Positions 38,498 to 49,351 of a DNA stretch of 59,736 bases are shown here, one piece after another. The stretch is from assembly GCA_021156165.1 (NCBI GenBank), contig JAJNBM010000004.1, forward strand, positions 1 through 59,736, given 5' to 3'. Both the position numbers and the translations under genes were made by a program. Under the pieces are notes generated by a model. It was not told the origin of the DNA. It searched no databases and saw only the letters and a program-made list of their open reading frames with translations. This DNA comes from Gammaproteobacteria bacterium (lineage in GTDB: Bacteria; Pseudomonadota; Gammaproteobacteria; UBA1113). Every line of letters starts with the position of its first letter. Positions within the stretch are counted from its first letter, which is position 1.

Positions 38498-39934
38498 GTG
38501 TGTGTGGAAAATATGATTTCTTCTTTGAAAACACGTGGCGCTATGGCCGCCGTACGTAGGGATGTTCGCAGCCGCAGACGTGTAGGTCTATATCCGCTAC
38601 TCATATTATCGTTGCTGGTGGCATTCTTTATTTTCTTCTGGCCCCAGAATGATGTCCCTACTACCGCTTACGATGACACTCGTTATGTGCAGCAAAACGA
38701 TTTTTCTGTCTTACCCGGCAATACCGTCTCAATTGATTCTACCGACGCGGTTACACCTCCCGCACCACAAGCCTACGATAAAAATGTTCTCATCCGCAGA
38801 GGGGATACCTTAAACGGCTTGTTATTGGCACAAAACATACAAACTCAAGACATAGCGGCATTGTTGTCTATCCCCTTGGTGAAGCGCACATTAGCCCATA
38901 TCAGCCCAGGGCAAATGGTCAATATACATGTGAATGCCGATCAGGAATTAACGGATCTTACTTACGCTCTTTCTCCGACCCAAACTTTATCCGTCACTAG
39001 ACTAGACGATAACTTTGATGCCAAATTAACTAAAAAACCGACTTCAGTTATGCCTACCATAGCCGCCGGCGTGATCACCTCCACTTTCTATGAAGCAGGC
39101 TTAGCACAACACTTACCCCAAAAAATTATACTGGATGCCACGCATTTGTTCGCTTCAAAAATTAATTTTAAGCGCGGCTTAAAACCCGGCGATCATTTTA
39201 AAGTTATCTACGAATCGAGCTATGTGCAAAATAAAACAGTGGCTACCGGTAATATTTTGGCGATGGAAATTTCAAATGATGGTAAAACCTACACCCTAGT
39301 CCGCCATGTCGATAGTCGTGGAGTTAGCCGCTATTATCCTGCCGACAGCCATGCGCTACGCAATGCCGTTGCCGTCACCGCACAAAGCACTTTTTTGCGC
39401 ACGCCCGTGCATTACACTCGCATTAGCTCATCCTTTTCTATGAAAAGAGTACACCCATTGTTGTTATTTTCCCGCCCTCATTATGGGGTAGATCTGGCTG
39501 CACCGCGGGGTACGCCCGTGGTTGCCTCTGCAAACGGTATAGTCACTGTCGCTGGGAAAGAAGGCGGTTACGGCAATCTGGTTATTATTAATCATGGCCA
39601 CGGCGTTACCACACGCTACGGACATTTAAACCGTTTTGCGAGCAATATCCACGCAGGCAGCGCCGTGAAACAAGGTCAAGTCATTGCCTATGTAGGTAGT
39701 ACTGGCTTAGCGAGCGGCCCCCATTTGCATTACGAATATCGAGTCAACAATGTACCACAAAATCCCTTAACGGTTAAATTACCGTTGGAAGCACATTCAA
39801 TTTCTTCTAGTGAACAAAAACAATTTAATCGCGAAGTAAACACTTATCTAGCCCAATTGCACAACACACCCTTAAGTGTCGTTGCGTATGCTCCTGGGCT
39901 ATCCCAAAACAAAAACAATACTAAAGAGGCCTAA
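38498..39934 (+). CDS. M23 family murein DD-endopeptidase (MepM-like)
   Basis: TM anchor, HYGVD, YGH, HLHYE zinc motifs; start uncertain. Confidence 0.92.
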   Translation: MCVENMISSLKTRGAMAAVRRDVRSRRRVGLYPLLILSLLVAFFIFFWPQNDVPTTAYDDTRYVQQNDFSVLPGNTVSIDSTDAVTPPAPQAYDKNVLIRRGDTLNGLLLAQNIQTQDIAALLSIPLVKRTLAHISPGQMVNIHVNADQELTDLTYALSPTQTLSVTRLDDNFDAKLTKKPTSVMPTIAAGVITSTFYEAGLAQHLPQKIILDATHLFASKINFKRGLKPGDHFKVIYESSYVQNKTVATGNILAMEISNDGKTYTLVRHVDSRGVSRYYPADSHALRNAVAVTAQSTFLRTPVHYTRISSSFSMKRVHPLLLFSRPHYGVDLAAPRGTPVVASANGIVTVAGKEGGYGNLVIINHGHGVTTRYGHLNRFASNIHAGSAVKQGQVIAYVGSTGLASGPHLHYEYRVNNVPQNPLTVKLPLEAHSISSSEQKQFNREVNTYLAQLHNTPLSVVAYAPGLSQNKNNTKEA

Positions 39935-40440
39935 TGTCCAGACTGAGTTATAGTTTAGGCTTTATACTCTGCGCATTCTTCTGCGCTTTTGCTTTTTATC
40001 TAGAAAATGATCTAGGGCAACTCCCTTGCTTATTATGTGAAATGCAGCGTATCGTGGTTGCCGCTATGGGCGCTATTTTTCTTATTGCGGCAATCCATAA
40101 TCCAGCGCGTATAGGTCGTAACGTTTATTTCTTTTTATTATTGATTCTAGGTCTATTCGGTTTATTGCTGGCAGGCCGCCAATTGTGGCTAATGGCCCAC
40201 CCACCCGCCGATACCTACAGCCAATGTAGCGCCAGCTTAAGTTACCTAGTTCATACCTTGCCTTTCGATCAAGTGCTGAAAACGGCCCTACAAGGGGGTG
40301 CAGATTGCGCCAAAGCCACTTGGAGTTTCTTATCCCTAACACTGCCCGCCTGGGGTTTTATCGTGTTTAGTGTTTTATTGGTATTAAGTGGTATGACTGC
40401 TCTCGGTCGCACGAAAGCGGTAGGGGCTAGCTGGCACTAA
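39934..40440 (+). CDS. dsbB: disulfide bond formation protein B
   Basis: PCLLCEMQR, second Cys pair, four TMs. Confidence 0.92.
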   Translation: MSRLSYSLGFILCAFFCAFAFYLENDLGQLPCLLCEMQRIVVAAMGAIFLIAAIHNPARIGRNVYFFLLLILGLFGLLLAGRQLWLMAHPPADTYSQCSASLSYLVHTLPFDQVLKTALQGGADCAKATWSFLSLTLPAWGFIVFSVLLVLSGMTALGRTKAVGASWH

Positions 40441-40580
40441 GATAAAATAACTAAAAGTTGTTTTTTGGGTTGACAAATACAACTTCTGGTCGGGTTCTCA
40501 AATGTTTCACACTTTAGCCTTAACATATCCATAGGTGGTGTAAAGCTGCCACCACTGCATAGTGGGTTTAATCAAAATAT

Positions 40581-41009
40581 TTATGCGGGAATGAAGGTGA
40601 GATTAAAAATATCCCTTTTTAAATCTAAAAACATTGAATCAGTGCTAAAATCGTTAAAGTTAGACCTATATTCCCCAGCTAGGATATCTATTTTCTCACA
40701 AGCAGTAAATTCCAAAACACACGTGCAACAAGAAGATACAACCACTTCATAGCCGGAGCGTTTCACGCTCATCCTTACGCAGGAAGTTTCCACAGCTACT
40801 TTGGCAAAGGTCCGCTACTGCTCAATATTCTTTACGCTTTTCCCTTCCTCACATTGAATGGAATCTAGAAGTTCTTGTTCTTCTACATCTTGCTTTAGTT
40901 CAAATACATTTCGTTTCTTCTTGACGCCCCTTATTTTGATAAATAACATACGACCTTTAGCACATGCAAAGCCAAAAAATTGCTTACAAAACAAATAGAT
41001 AGCTTTCAA
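40581..41009 (-). pseudogene. possible degraded orphan gene (two same-frame ORFs split by one TAG)
   Basis: 40815-41009 and 40581-40793 are in frame, joined by TAG plus 7 sense codons; AT-rich; no family recognised. Confidence 0.25.
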
Positions 41010-41082
41010 CCCTACTAGCCTTGCTCTTAACCCTCTTTTCTGTAATCATTCACCCTATAAGCACTCGTTAAAAGGAGACTCC

Positions 41083-42291
41083 ATGACCGAAAAGTCCATC
41101 GCTTATAATTGGCAAGATCCGCTGCTATTTGATGAACAATTAAGCAGCGAAGAACGCTTAATTCGCGATAATACCGCCGAATTTGCGCAATTGGTCTTAA
41201 TGCCACGCGTACTCAAAGCCTATAGGGAGGAACACTTTGACCCCGCCATTCTGCGCGAAATGGGCGAGGCCGGTTTATTAGGCGCCACCTTGCAGGGTTA
41301 TGATTGTGCGGGGATAAATTACGTCAGTTATGGTTTAATTGCTCGTGAAATCGAACGCGTCGATTCAGGGTATCGATCCGCAATGAGTGTGCAATCCAGT
41401 TTGGTTATGTTTCCCATATACAGCTACGGTAACGAAGCGCAAAAACAAAAATATCTACCTAAACTCAGAACAGGAGAATGGATAGGTTGTTTTGGCTTAA
41501 CCGAACCCAACCATGGCTCGGATCCCAGCGGCATGGAAACGCGCGCTCGAAAAGTCAGTGGCGGTTATAAGTTGCATGGTTCTAAAATGTGGATCACCCA
41601 TTCGCCCATTGCGGATGTCTTTATAGTCTGGGCTAGAAATGATGCAGGCCGCATCAATGGGTTTATTTTAGAGAAAGGTATGAAGGGCTTAACCACACCC
41701 ATGATAGAAGGCAAATGCTCTTTACGCGCTTCCATTACTGGCGAAATTGTAATGGATGATGTATTTGTACCCGAAGAAAATCGTCTAGAGCAGGCTGAAG
41801 GTTTCAGCGCACCTTTTGGCTGCCTGGAAAACGCGCGCTATGGCATCGCTTGGGGGGCTTTAGGCGCAGGAGAATTTTGTTGGCATACGGCGCGGCAGTA
41901 TGTGTTAGATCGTCAACAATTTAGTCACCCCTTAGCAGCGAATCAACTCATTCAGTTTAAATTAGCTGATATGCATACTCAACTGACTTTAGCCTTACAA
42001 GGTTGTTTACGCTTAGGCCGTTTGAAAGACGAACACAAGTTGGCCAGCGAATGCATTTCGATGATGAAACGCAATTCTACTTTAGTGGCTTTAGATGTAG
42101 CGCGACAAACGCGCGACATGTTGGGTGGTAATGGCATCATCGATGAGTTTCACATTATACGCCATATGAATAACTTAGAAACTGTTAAGACATATGAAGG
42201 CACTGCCGATATACATGCTCTTATTTTAGGTCGCGCTATTACCGGTATTCAAGCTTTTAAACCTTTAGGCAACCCAAAAAGGAGCACTTAA
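41083..42291 (+). CDS. gcdH: glutaryl-CoA dehydrogenase
   Basis: [42 protein letters not shown]. Confidence 0.92.
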   Translation: MTEKSIAYNWQDPLLFDEQLSSEERLIRDNTAEFAQLVLMPRVLKAYREEHFDPAILREMGEAGLLGATLQGYDCAGINYVSYGLIAREIERVDSGYRSAMSVQSSLVMFPIYSYGNEAQKQKYLPKLRTGEWIGCFGLTEPNHGSDPSGMETRARKVSGGYKLHGSKMWITHSPIADVFIVWARNDAGRINGFILEKGMKGLTTPMIEGKCSLRASITGEIVMDDVFVPEENRLEQAEGFSAPFGCLENARYGIAWGALGAGEFCWHTARQYVLDRQQFSHPLAANQLIQFKLADMHTQLTLALQGCLRLGRLKDEHKLASECISMMKRNSTLVALDVARQTRDMLGGNGIIDEFHIIRHMNNLETVKTYEGTADIHALILGRAITGIQAFKPLGNPKRST

Positions 42292-42296
42292 CTATC

Positions 42297-43928
42297 ATGG
42301 CGCAGGAAGTGATGTCTTATGATGTGCTGATCGTCGGGGCAGGCCCAGCGGGATTAGCCGCTGCTATCAAATTACGGCAACTGTCTAGCAATATGAGTGT
42401 GTGTGTCATTGAAAAAGGCAGTGAGGTAGGCGCGCATATTTTATCTGGCGCAGTTATCGAGCCTCGCGCTTTGAATGAATTATTGCCCGATTGGCACCAA
42501 CAAGCTTCTCCTCTTAAAGTGCCCGTTACAGAAGATCGCTTCTTATTTTTAAGTCAAGACAAGGCTTGGACTGTGCCCAATTTTATGCTGCCCTCCACTA
42601 TGAAGAATCACGGTAATTATATCGTGAGCTTAGGTTTAGTGTGTAAGTGGCTAGCCGAACAAGCCATTGCTTTAGGGGTTGAGATTTATCCAGGCTTTGC
42701 GGCCAATGCAGTATTATTTGGCGATGAAGGCCGTGTCATAGGTGTGACTACGGGTGATATGGGCATAGCTAAAAATGGCAGCCCTAAAGCGACATTTACA
42801 CCGGGTGTCGCATTGCACGCTAAATATACCTTATTTGCCGAAGGCTGCCGCGGTTATTTGGCCGAACAGCTTATGAAACAGTTTGGCTTACGACAAAATT
42901 GCGATCCGCAAACATATGGCTTGGGTATTAAAGAATTGTGGCAAGTGGAAGCGGCACATCACCATCCCGGTTTAGTGCAACACACAGCAGGTTGGCCCTT
43001 AGATAACCACGTTTACGGCGGCTCTTTCATTTATCATCTAGATCAACAAAAAGTTGCTGTGGGTTTTGTCGTCGGGTTAGATTACCGTAATCCCTATTTA
43101 GATCCCTTCATGGAAATGCAACGCTTTAAAACGCATCCCGCCATAGCCCCTCTTTTTGCAGGCGCTAAACGTTTGGCGTATGGTGCACGCGCCTTAAATG
43201 AAGGTGGCTTACAATCTATTCCAAAATTAGTCTTTCCCGGCGGTGCCTTAATCGGGTGTGCGGCTGGATTTTTAAATGTGGCGAAAATCAAAGGCAGCCA
43301 CAATGCGATGAAATCGGGCATGCTCGCCGCTGAGGCAATTGGAGAAGCTCTAGAAAAAAATAATGACGGTAAAATTCTGCTAGAAGCCTATCCTCGATTA
43401 TTAGAACAATCGTGGGTTTACGACGAATTGAAACTATCGCGTAATTTTAGATCGTATTTTCGTTATGGCTTATGGGGCGGTACAATATTGGGTGGATTAG
43501 ATTTAAAGTTATTTAAAGGTAAAGTGCCATGGACATTACACCATGCGCGTAAAGATCGCAATACTTTAATGTTAGCCAAGCATGCCGCCCCCATTGCTTA
43601 TCCTAAAGCCGATGGCGTATTAACTTTTGATAAAATGAGTTCCGTTTATCTCGCCAATACGCAACATGATGAAGATCAACCTTGTCATTTGCAGTTACGC
43701 TCTCTCGGTAAAGAAATCACCATTAATTATGCGCAGTACGCAAGCCCCGAGCAACGCTATTGCCCGGCAGGCGTATACGAAATTAATATGGTGGATAACA
43801 AACCCAGCCTACACATCAATGCCGCCAATTGCGTGCATTGTAAAACCTGCGACATTAAAGATCCTGCGGACACCATACGTTGGACATTACCAGAAGGCGG
43901 CAGCGGGCCTAATTATAGTGAGATGTAA
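42297..43928 (+). CDS. electron transfer flavoprotein-ubiquinone oxidoreductase
   Basis: GAGPAGL FAD motif, IKELW, C-terminal CPAGVYE and NCVHCKTCDIKDP 4Fe-4S motifs. Confidence 0.96.
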   Translation: MAQEVMSYDVLIVGAGPAGLAAAIKLRQLSSNMSVCVIEKGSEVGAHILSGAVIEPRALNELLPDWHQQASPLKVPVTEDRFLFLSQDKAWTVPNFMLPSTMKNHGNYIVSLGLVCKWLAEQAIALGVEIYPGFAANAVLFGDEGRVIGVTTGDMGIAKNGSPKATFTPGVALHAKYTLFAEGCRGYLAEQLMKQFGLRQNCDPQTYGLGIKELWQVEAAHHHPGLVQHTAGWPLDNHVYGGSFIYHLDQQKVAVGFVVGLDYRNPYLDPFMEMQRFKTHPAIAPLFAGAKRLAYGARALNEGGLQSIPKLVFPGGALIGCAAGFLNVAKIKGSHNAMKSGMLAAEAIGEALEKNNDGKILLEAYPRLLEQSWVYDELKLSRNFRSYFRYGLWGGTILGGLDLKLFKGKVPWTLHHARKDRNTLMLAKHAAPIAYPKADGVLTFDKMSSVYLANTQHDEDQPCHLQLRSLGKEITINYAQYASPEQRYCPAGVYEINMVDNKPSLHINAANCVHCKTCDIKDPADTIRWTLPEGGSGPNYSEM

Positions 43929-43936
43929 GTCCTTCC

Positions 43937-43965
43937 TTGACATTTTAGCCCAGATTGATTACAAT
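43937..43965 (+). promoter_or_regulatory. near-consensus sigma70 promoter of rubredoxin
   Basis: TTGACA-17 nt-TACAAT. Confidence 0.7.
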
Positions 43966-43997
43966 ACGCGCAGTGTGACCATTAAAGGCCTTATCCT

Positions 43998-44177
43998 ATG
44001 AAAAAATACATGTGCTTATTGTGCGGCTGGACTTACGATGAAGCCCTAGGCTGGCCTGAGGAAGGTATTGCCCCGGGTACACGTTGGGATGATATCCCGC
44101 TCAATTGGTGTTGCCCGGATTGTGGCGCAACTAAGATGGAATTCGAAATGGTGGAAGTAGGCACTAGCACGAGCTAA
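43998..44177 (+). CDS. rubredoxin (59 aa, absent from the ORF track)
   Basis: hand translation [59 protein letters not shown]; two CxxCG motifs. Confidence 0.96.
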   Translation: MKKYMCLLCGWTYDEALGWPEEGIAPGTRWDDIPLNWCCPDCGATKMEFEMVEVGTSTS

Positions 44178-44183
44178 TACACC

Positions 44184-45992
44184 TCACCCTTTGCCATGTG
44201 ACAATTCTTCCACTACCATATCCCGCATATCTTCTAGCGCTTTAACTTCGTTTGCATTAAATATTCTAGGCCTTGTATCAGCAATACATAAAGCACCTAC
44301 GCAATAACCCTCTTTTAAAATCAAGGGCGCGCCCGCATAAAAACGAACATGAGGCTCTGCAACCACTAAATGATTATCGGCAAAACGGTTGTCTAAGGTG
44401 GTGTCATTAATGACTAATGTTTTATTCTCATAAACGGCATGGGAACAAAATGAGATATCTCTAGGCGTTTCCTTAACGGCTATACCCTGCGCCGATTTAA
44501 ACCATTGTCTATCCATATCTACCAATGAAATCATCGCGACAGGCACACGAAATAAGGCTGTCGCTAGGCGGGTGATTCTATCAAATCGTTCTTCTTGTTC
44601 TGTATCTAAAATATTTAAACCATGCAATGCGGACAGACGCGCTTTTTCATTCTCTGGAAAAGGCGCTGGCTGCCATCTACAAGAGATGCGTAATAACCAC
44701 GCTAATATTCTGGTTTGTACATACGCGGGGCTTAATGGCAGCGTTAAATATTCGCTAATACCCTCCCGTGACGTTAACAGAGTCTCTTTATGAGCACTCA
44801 CCACAACAATGGGTGTACTGTTCGCCTCTGCCCCTAATGTCTGCTGTAAAAGCTTTACAATATTTACCGCATCTTGCTGCGGTGGATTATGTTCTATGAT
44901 CAACAAAGCAATCTTCTTTGATTTAATCTGCTCTTCTATGGCTTGTATGGTATCAACCACTGCCACTAAAACATTATTTGCACGCGCTCCATTCGTAAAT
45001 AGCGCTACAATGTTAGGATCGGCCGCATAGACTAATATTGATTGCTCATGCGCTACAGAAATAGCCGCGGTATTCGTCGCGGAGGAAATTTCTTTGCCAT
45101 GATGAGAAGCGGGTTGCCCATCTCTGCTCTTTAAATCAATTGTTTGCCCTTCCATCGCTGCAAAAATTTCTATTTCCGGCATTTTTGGGGAAAAACGATC
45201 TATTATAGTGCGCACATGGGCTTCTATTGCCTCATCGGATCGCGCAGGTTCATGATGTGTCAATGCGACTTTTTTAGCCCCCGCATATTGTGCTATCTTA
45301 CAGACATATTCCGCTGTACTGTGTCCCCACCCTATTTTTTTAGCATACTCTTCTTCGCTATATTGCGCATCATGAATTAACAAATCTGCACCCTTAGCAA
45401 ATTCGGCATGCTCTTTATCTTGTTCGGTTAAAGGGTTATCACCATAAGCTGCTTCGACCCCATAAGGTTCATGATCGCAATCATATACTACCGTGCAGCC
45501 ATCCGCTTCCAAGCGAAAACCACAGGTTAATGAAGTATGGTTTAAATAGCGCACAGTGACTTTAATATCATTTAAATAGAACACGCCTTCTAATAAATCA
45601 TGGTAGCGAACCACCGCCGTGAAATGTCCCATGCCCACTGGGAAATAAGAATATTGCATTTGTCCCGATAACGTATCCTTAATGGAGCAACTCAAGCCTT
45701 TTGGGCCATATACATCCCACTCATAACCCGACATGAAAAGCGGTAAAAAGAAAGGTAAGCCTTGAATATGATCCCAATGCGTATGGCTCAATAGAATATA
45801 AGCATGTTTAGGTTTTTCTTTTGCAGATACCCACTCTTGGCCTAATACTCTCAGACCCGTACCACAATCGATGATCACCGTTGTTCCTGCGGCACTACGC
45901 ACTTCTACGCACGAAGTGTTACCGCCATAACGTGCTGTACTTTCTCCGGGCACTGGAATAGACCCACGCGTGCCCCAAAATTTGACTTGCAT
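44184..45992 (-). CDS. MBL-fold metallohydrolase fused to receiver-like and GAF domains
   Basis: FWGTRGS..YGGNTSC, HTHWDH, HDAQY, GWGHS, HHEP; central REC-like segment; C-terminal GAF (E..RL.AL..LDT, RQWFKS, FC.HA, D.RF, RFYAGAPL). Confidence 0.88.
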   Translation of the reverse strand: MQVKFWGTRGSIPVPGESTARYGGNTSCVEVRSAAGTTVIIDCGTGLRVLGQEWVSAKEKPKHAYILLSHTHWDHIQGLPFFLPLFMSGYEWDVYGPKGLSCSIKDTLSGQMQYSYFPVGMGHFTAVVRYHDLLEGVFYLNDIKVTVRYLNHTSLTCGFRLEADGCTVVYDCDHEPYGVEAAYGDNPLTEQDKEHAEFAKGADLLIHDAQYSEEEYAKKIGWGHSTAEYVCKIAQYAGAKKVALTHHEPARSDEAIEAHVRTIIDRFSPKMPEIEIFAAMEGQTIDLKSRDGQPASHHGKEISSATNTAAISVAHEQSILVYAADPNIVALFTNGARANNVLVAVVDTIQAIEEQIKSKKIALLIIEHNPPQQDAVNIVKLLQQTLGAEANSTPIVVVSAHKETLLTSREGISEYLTLPLSPAYVQTRILAWLLRISCRWQPAPFPENEKARLSALHGLNILDTEQEERFDRITRLATALFRVPVAMISLVDMDRQWFKSAQGIAVKETPRDISFCSHAVYENKTLVINDTTLDNRFADNHLVVAEPHVRFYAGAPLILKEGYCVGALCIADTRPRIFNANEVKALEDMRDMVVEELSHGKG

Positions 45993-46105
45993 CGTATCCC
46001 CCTATTATAACTAGGTATAGGATATAATTGTATTTTTGTCGAATTTATAACCTAAGGTGAAAAATAAAAACGTTTAAATTCAACGGTCTAGAAAACAATG
46101 CCAGA

Positions 46106-48670
46106 TCATTCTGCTTCCTCTACGCCACTGTCACTATCGTCTCCCACATCGGCAATGGATTGCACGGCAATCAGATGCTCATTTTCTTCTAGACGAATCA
46201 AAATAACCCCTTGGGCATTACGACCTACGTGTGAGATTTCATCCACACTGGTACGTACTAAAGTGGCTTGATCGGAAATCAACATCACTTCATCCCCCGG
46301 AAATACCTGACACGCGCCTACCACCTTACCATTGCGCTCATTGACAATAATGGAAATAACACCTGAACCATGACGACCCGTGGCTCTATATTCTTCTAGC
46401 GCACTGCGCTTACCATAACCGCCTTCAGTTGCAGTTAAAATGGCGCCGCCTTCCTTTAGGCTCAATAAGGCGATGACCTTGGCATTTTCTTTTAAGCGTA
46501 TGCCCATTACACCGCGCGCGTTACGGCCCATCAAGCGGACTTCATCGCTGTTAAATCGAATAGCCTTGCCGTCATCTGAAAACAGCATCACTTCTTGATT
46601 CGCGTTGACCAGTTCTGCGTTAACTAAACTATCCCCTTCTAATAAATCTAGGGCAATAATGCCGCTATTGCGCGGTCTCGCAAATTGCTCTACATGGATT
46701 TTTTTAATTAAGCCATCGCGCGTTGCCATTATCACCGCTACATCTGCCGTAAAATCTTTTACTGGCAAAATGGCTTGAATACGCTCGCCACTTTCTAAAG
46801 GCAAAAGATTCACGATAGGTTTACCTCTGGAAGTACGTTGCGCAGCAGGCAATTGATAGGTCTTCAACCAATACACTTTACCGCGACTGGAAAAGCACAA
46901 TAATGTATCATGCGTATTAGCAATCAGCAATTTTTCAATAAAATCTTCTTCTTTCATCTTGGTGGCGGCTTTACCACGCCCACCGCGTCGTTGCAAGCGA
47001 TAGTTATCCAGCGATTGCACTTTAACATATCCTTCATGGGATAAGGTTACAGCCACATCTTCTTCCGTAATAAGATCTTCGACAGTGATGTCTTCTTGAG
47101 TACCGATGATTTCCGTACGTCTAGCATCTGCGAAATCGCCTTTAGCAGCTAATAGCTCATCTTTGATCACTTGTTTTAAACGTTCAGGCGAGGATAGTAT
47201 ATCCATTAAGTCGATGATTACTTTTACCAATTCTTGGTAATCATCGTGAATTTTGTTTTGTTCTAAGCCCGTTAAACGTTGTAGGCGCAAGTCTAAAATA
47301 GCTTGCACTTGCGTAGGCGTGAGCTGGTACGTATCCCCATGCAAGCCTTCATGTAGCGCACAATCTTCGGGGCGAGTTACATTGACATCGCTCGCCGATA
47401 ACAATTGTTTCACCCAACCCGGTTCCCAGGTACGTGCCAATAAAGCCTCTTTAGCCTCTAGGCCCGTTTTAGAGGCTTTAATCAGTGCTATCATTTCTTC
47501 GATATTCGCCAAGGCTACGCCCAAGCCTTCCAAGATATGCGCTCTTTCTTTAGCCTTACGCAATTCAAATAAAATACGTCGGGTTACGACTTCACGCCTA
47601 TGCTTAATGAAGGCTTCTAAAATTTCTTTTAGCGTTAAGGTTCTAGGCCGTTCATCGTGCAAAGCCACCATGTTGATACCGAAAACACTTTGCATCGCTG
47701 TATGTGTATAGAGTTGATTTAATAAAATCTCGCTCATTTCACCACGTCTTAATTCTATCACCACACGCATGCCGTCTTTATCGGATTCATCGCGCAGCGC
47801 GGTAATGCCTTCTATTTTCTTTTCACGCACTAAGTCGGCAATTTTTTCGATTAACTTTGCTTTGTTCACCTGATAAGGCAGTTCAGTAATAATAATACTT
47901 TCTTTACTAGAGCGCTCATCTGTTTCAATATGCGTTTTAGCGCGTACATAAATGCGTCCGCGACCAGTGCGGTAAGCCGCGACTATCCCAGCGCGGCCAT
48001 TGATAATACCCGCCGTAGGAAAATCGGGGCCAGGAATAAAGGTCATTAAATCATCTATGCTTAAATCAGGGTTTAACAATAAAGCCACGGTGGCATCGAT
48101 CACTTCGCCTAAATTATGCGGAGGAATATTCGTGGCCATACCCACGGCGATACCAGAGGTACCATTCACTAATAAGTGTGGCACGCGCGTAGGCATAACG
48201 GCCGGAATCCGTTCACTGCCATCGTAATTATCTACAAAATCAACGGTTTCTTTATCTAAGTCGGCTAACAGACTATGAGCAAAGCGCGACATCCGCACTT
48301 CGGTATACCGCATAGCGGCGGCGGCATCGCCATCCACCGAGCCGAAGTTACCCTGACCATCCACCAACAAATAGCGCATGGAAAAAGGTTGTGCCATGCG
48401 TACAATGGTATCGTATACGGCTGAATCACCATGGGGATGGTATTTACCGATGACGTCGCCCACGATCCGGGCAGATTTTTTATACGGCTTGTTCCAGTCG
48501 TTCCCTAACTCATGCATTGCAAATAATGTACGTCTATGGACGGGCTTTAGACCATCGCGCACATCGGGCAAAGCGCGGCCTACAATCACGCTCATCGCAT
48601 AATCCAGATAGGAACTCTTTAGTTCATGTTCAATGGTAATGGGAAGGATTTCTTTATTTAACTCGCTCAT
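46106..48670 (-). CDS. gyrA: DNA gyrase subunit A
   Basis: [17 protein letters not shown], GyrA box QRRGGRG. Confidence 0.98.
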   Translation of the reverse strand: MSELNKEILPITIEHELKSSYLDYAMSVIVGRALPDVRDGLKPVHRRTLFAMHELGNDWNKPYKKSARIVGDVIGKYHPHGDSAVYDTIVRMAQPFSMRYLLVDGQGNFGSVDGDAAAAMRYTEVRMSRFAHSLLADLDKETVDFVDNYDGSERIPAVMPTRVPHLLVNGTSGIAVGMATNIPPHNLGEVIDATVALLLNPDLSIDDLMTFIPGPDFPTAGIINGRAGIVAAYRTGRGRIYVRAKTHIETDERSSKESIIITELPYQVNKAKLIEKIADLVREKKIEGITALRDESDKDGMRVVIELRRGEMSEILLNQLYTHTAMQSVFGINMVALHDERPRTLTLKEILEAFIKHRREVVTRRILFELRKAKERAHILEGLGVALANIEEMIALIKASKTGLEAKEALLARTWEPGWVKQLLSASDVNVTRPEDCALHEGLHGDTYQLTPTQVQAILDLRLQRLTGLEQNKIHDDYQELVKVIIDLMDILSSPERLKQVIKDELLAAKGDFADARRTEIIGTQEDITVEDLITEEDVAVTLSHEGYVKVQSLDNYRLQRRGGRGKAATKMKEEDFIEKLLIANTHDTLLCFSSRGKVYWLKTYQLPAAQRTSRGKPIVNLLPLESGERIQAILPVKDFTADVAVIMATRDGLIKKIHVEQFARPRNSGIIALDLLEGDSLVNAELVNANQEVMLFSDDGKAIRFNSDEVRLMGRNARGVMGIRLKENAKVIALLSLKEGGAILTATEGGYGKRSALEEYRATGRHGSGVISIIVNERNGKVVGACQVFPGDEVMLISDQATLVRTSVDEISHVGRNAQGVILIRLEENEHLIAVQSIADVGDDSDSGVEEAE

Positions 48671-48768
48671 ACGCCGCTCTTCGTTATAAATTTCAGTGGG
48701 TTATTTTAGCATAAATGGGGCAAAACTGCTCATTTTAGGCGGCTTATAGAGAGGTGTTTCGGGGCCTG

Positions 48769-48905
48769 TTTCCGATTAAATTGGAAGCTATCCTAGGGAC
48801 TCCTCCTAAAACCCTATCTTCTGCTTTCCCGGGCTGCTCCAGCTCCCTAGATAAGCAGGGATGAAAATGCTCATTTTTAAAAATAATCCCGTGGATCGAG
48901 CCACG
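48769..48905 (-). ncRNA. candidate CsrA/RsmA-binding RNA or GGA-rich gyrA leader
   Basis: 8 GGA on the - strand in 48771-48889, several in short hairpins. Confidence 0.35.
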
Positions 48906-48953
48906 ATCTTGCTAAATTGAGCTTTTAATTCTACCTAATACTGTTCTTGGAAA

Positions 48954-49111
48954 TAGGGTCTGTTTACATTGAATTGTCGAAGCGAAAAATGAATAAAGCT
49001 AGGCAAAATATTGGCAAATTTGAGGAGAATATCGGGCTATATTTAACGAAAATTTGCTAGTATCTGAGCCGCTTTATTTGCAGCCGATAAACCCAATGTA
49101 AACAGACCCTA
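48954..49111. mobile_element. ~160-bp MITE-like palindromic element, copy 1
   Basis: TAGGGTCTGTTTACATTG...CAATGTAAACAGACCCTA terminal inverted repeat; interior homologous to 54478-54639. Confidence 0.8.
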
Positions 49112-49157
49112 GCTATTGCGCAGCGAATCACTGCGCATATTCCATAAAAAGGGGGGG

Positions 49158-49313
49158 TTATTTAATCTTATCTTCTTTAAACCAAGCGCGCCTACGCAGC
49201 TTTCTGCTGTATTTCTGCAAACGCATTTTTTCGGGGGTGTTTTTCTTATTTTTGGTGGTGGTATAGTACTCGCCGGTCCCTTCTTCACACACTAATTTAA
49301 TTTTGTCGCTCAT
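49158..49313 (-). CDS. rpmG: 50S ribosomal protein L33 (51 aa, absent from the ORF track)
   Basis: hand translation MSDKIKLVCEEGTGEYYTTTKNKKNTPEKMRLQKYSRKLRRRAWFKEDKIK; directly after rpmB. Confidence 0.93.
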   Translation of the reverse strand: MSDKIKLVCEEGTGEYYTTTKNKKNTPEKMRLQKYSRKLRRRAWFKEDKIK

Positions 49314-49351
49314 GTCTCAATCCTATTTATTCATTTTTCTGTATGTTTTAT

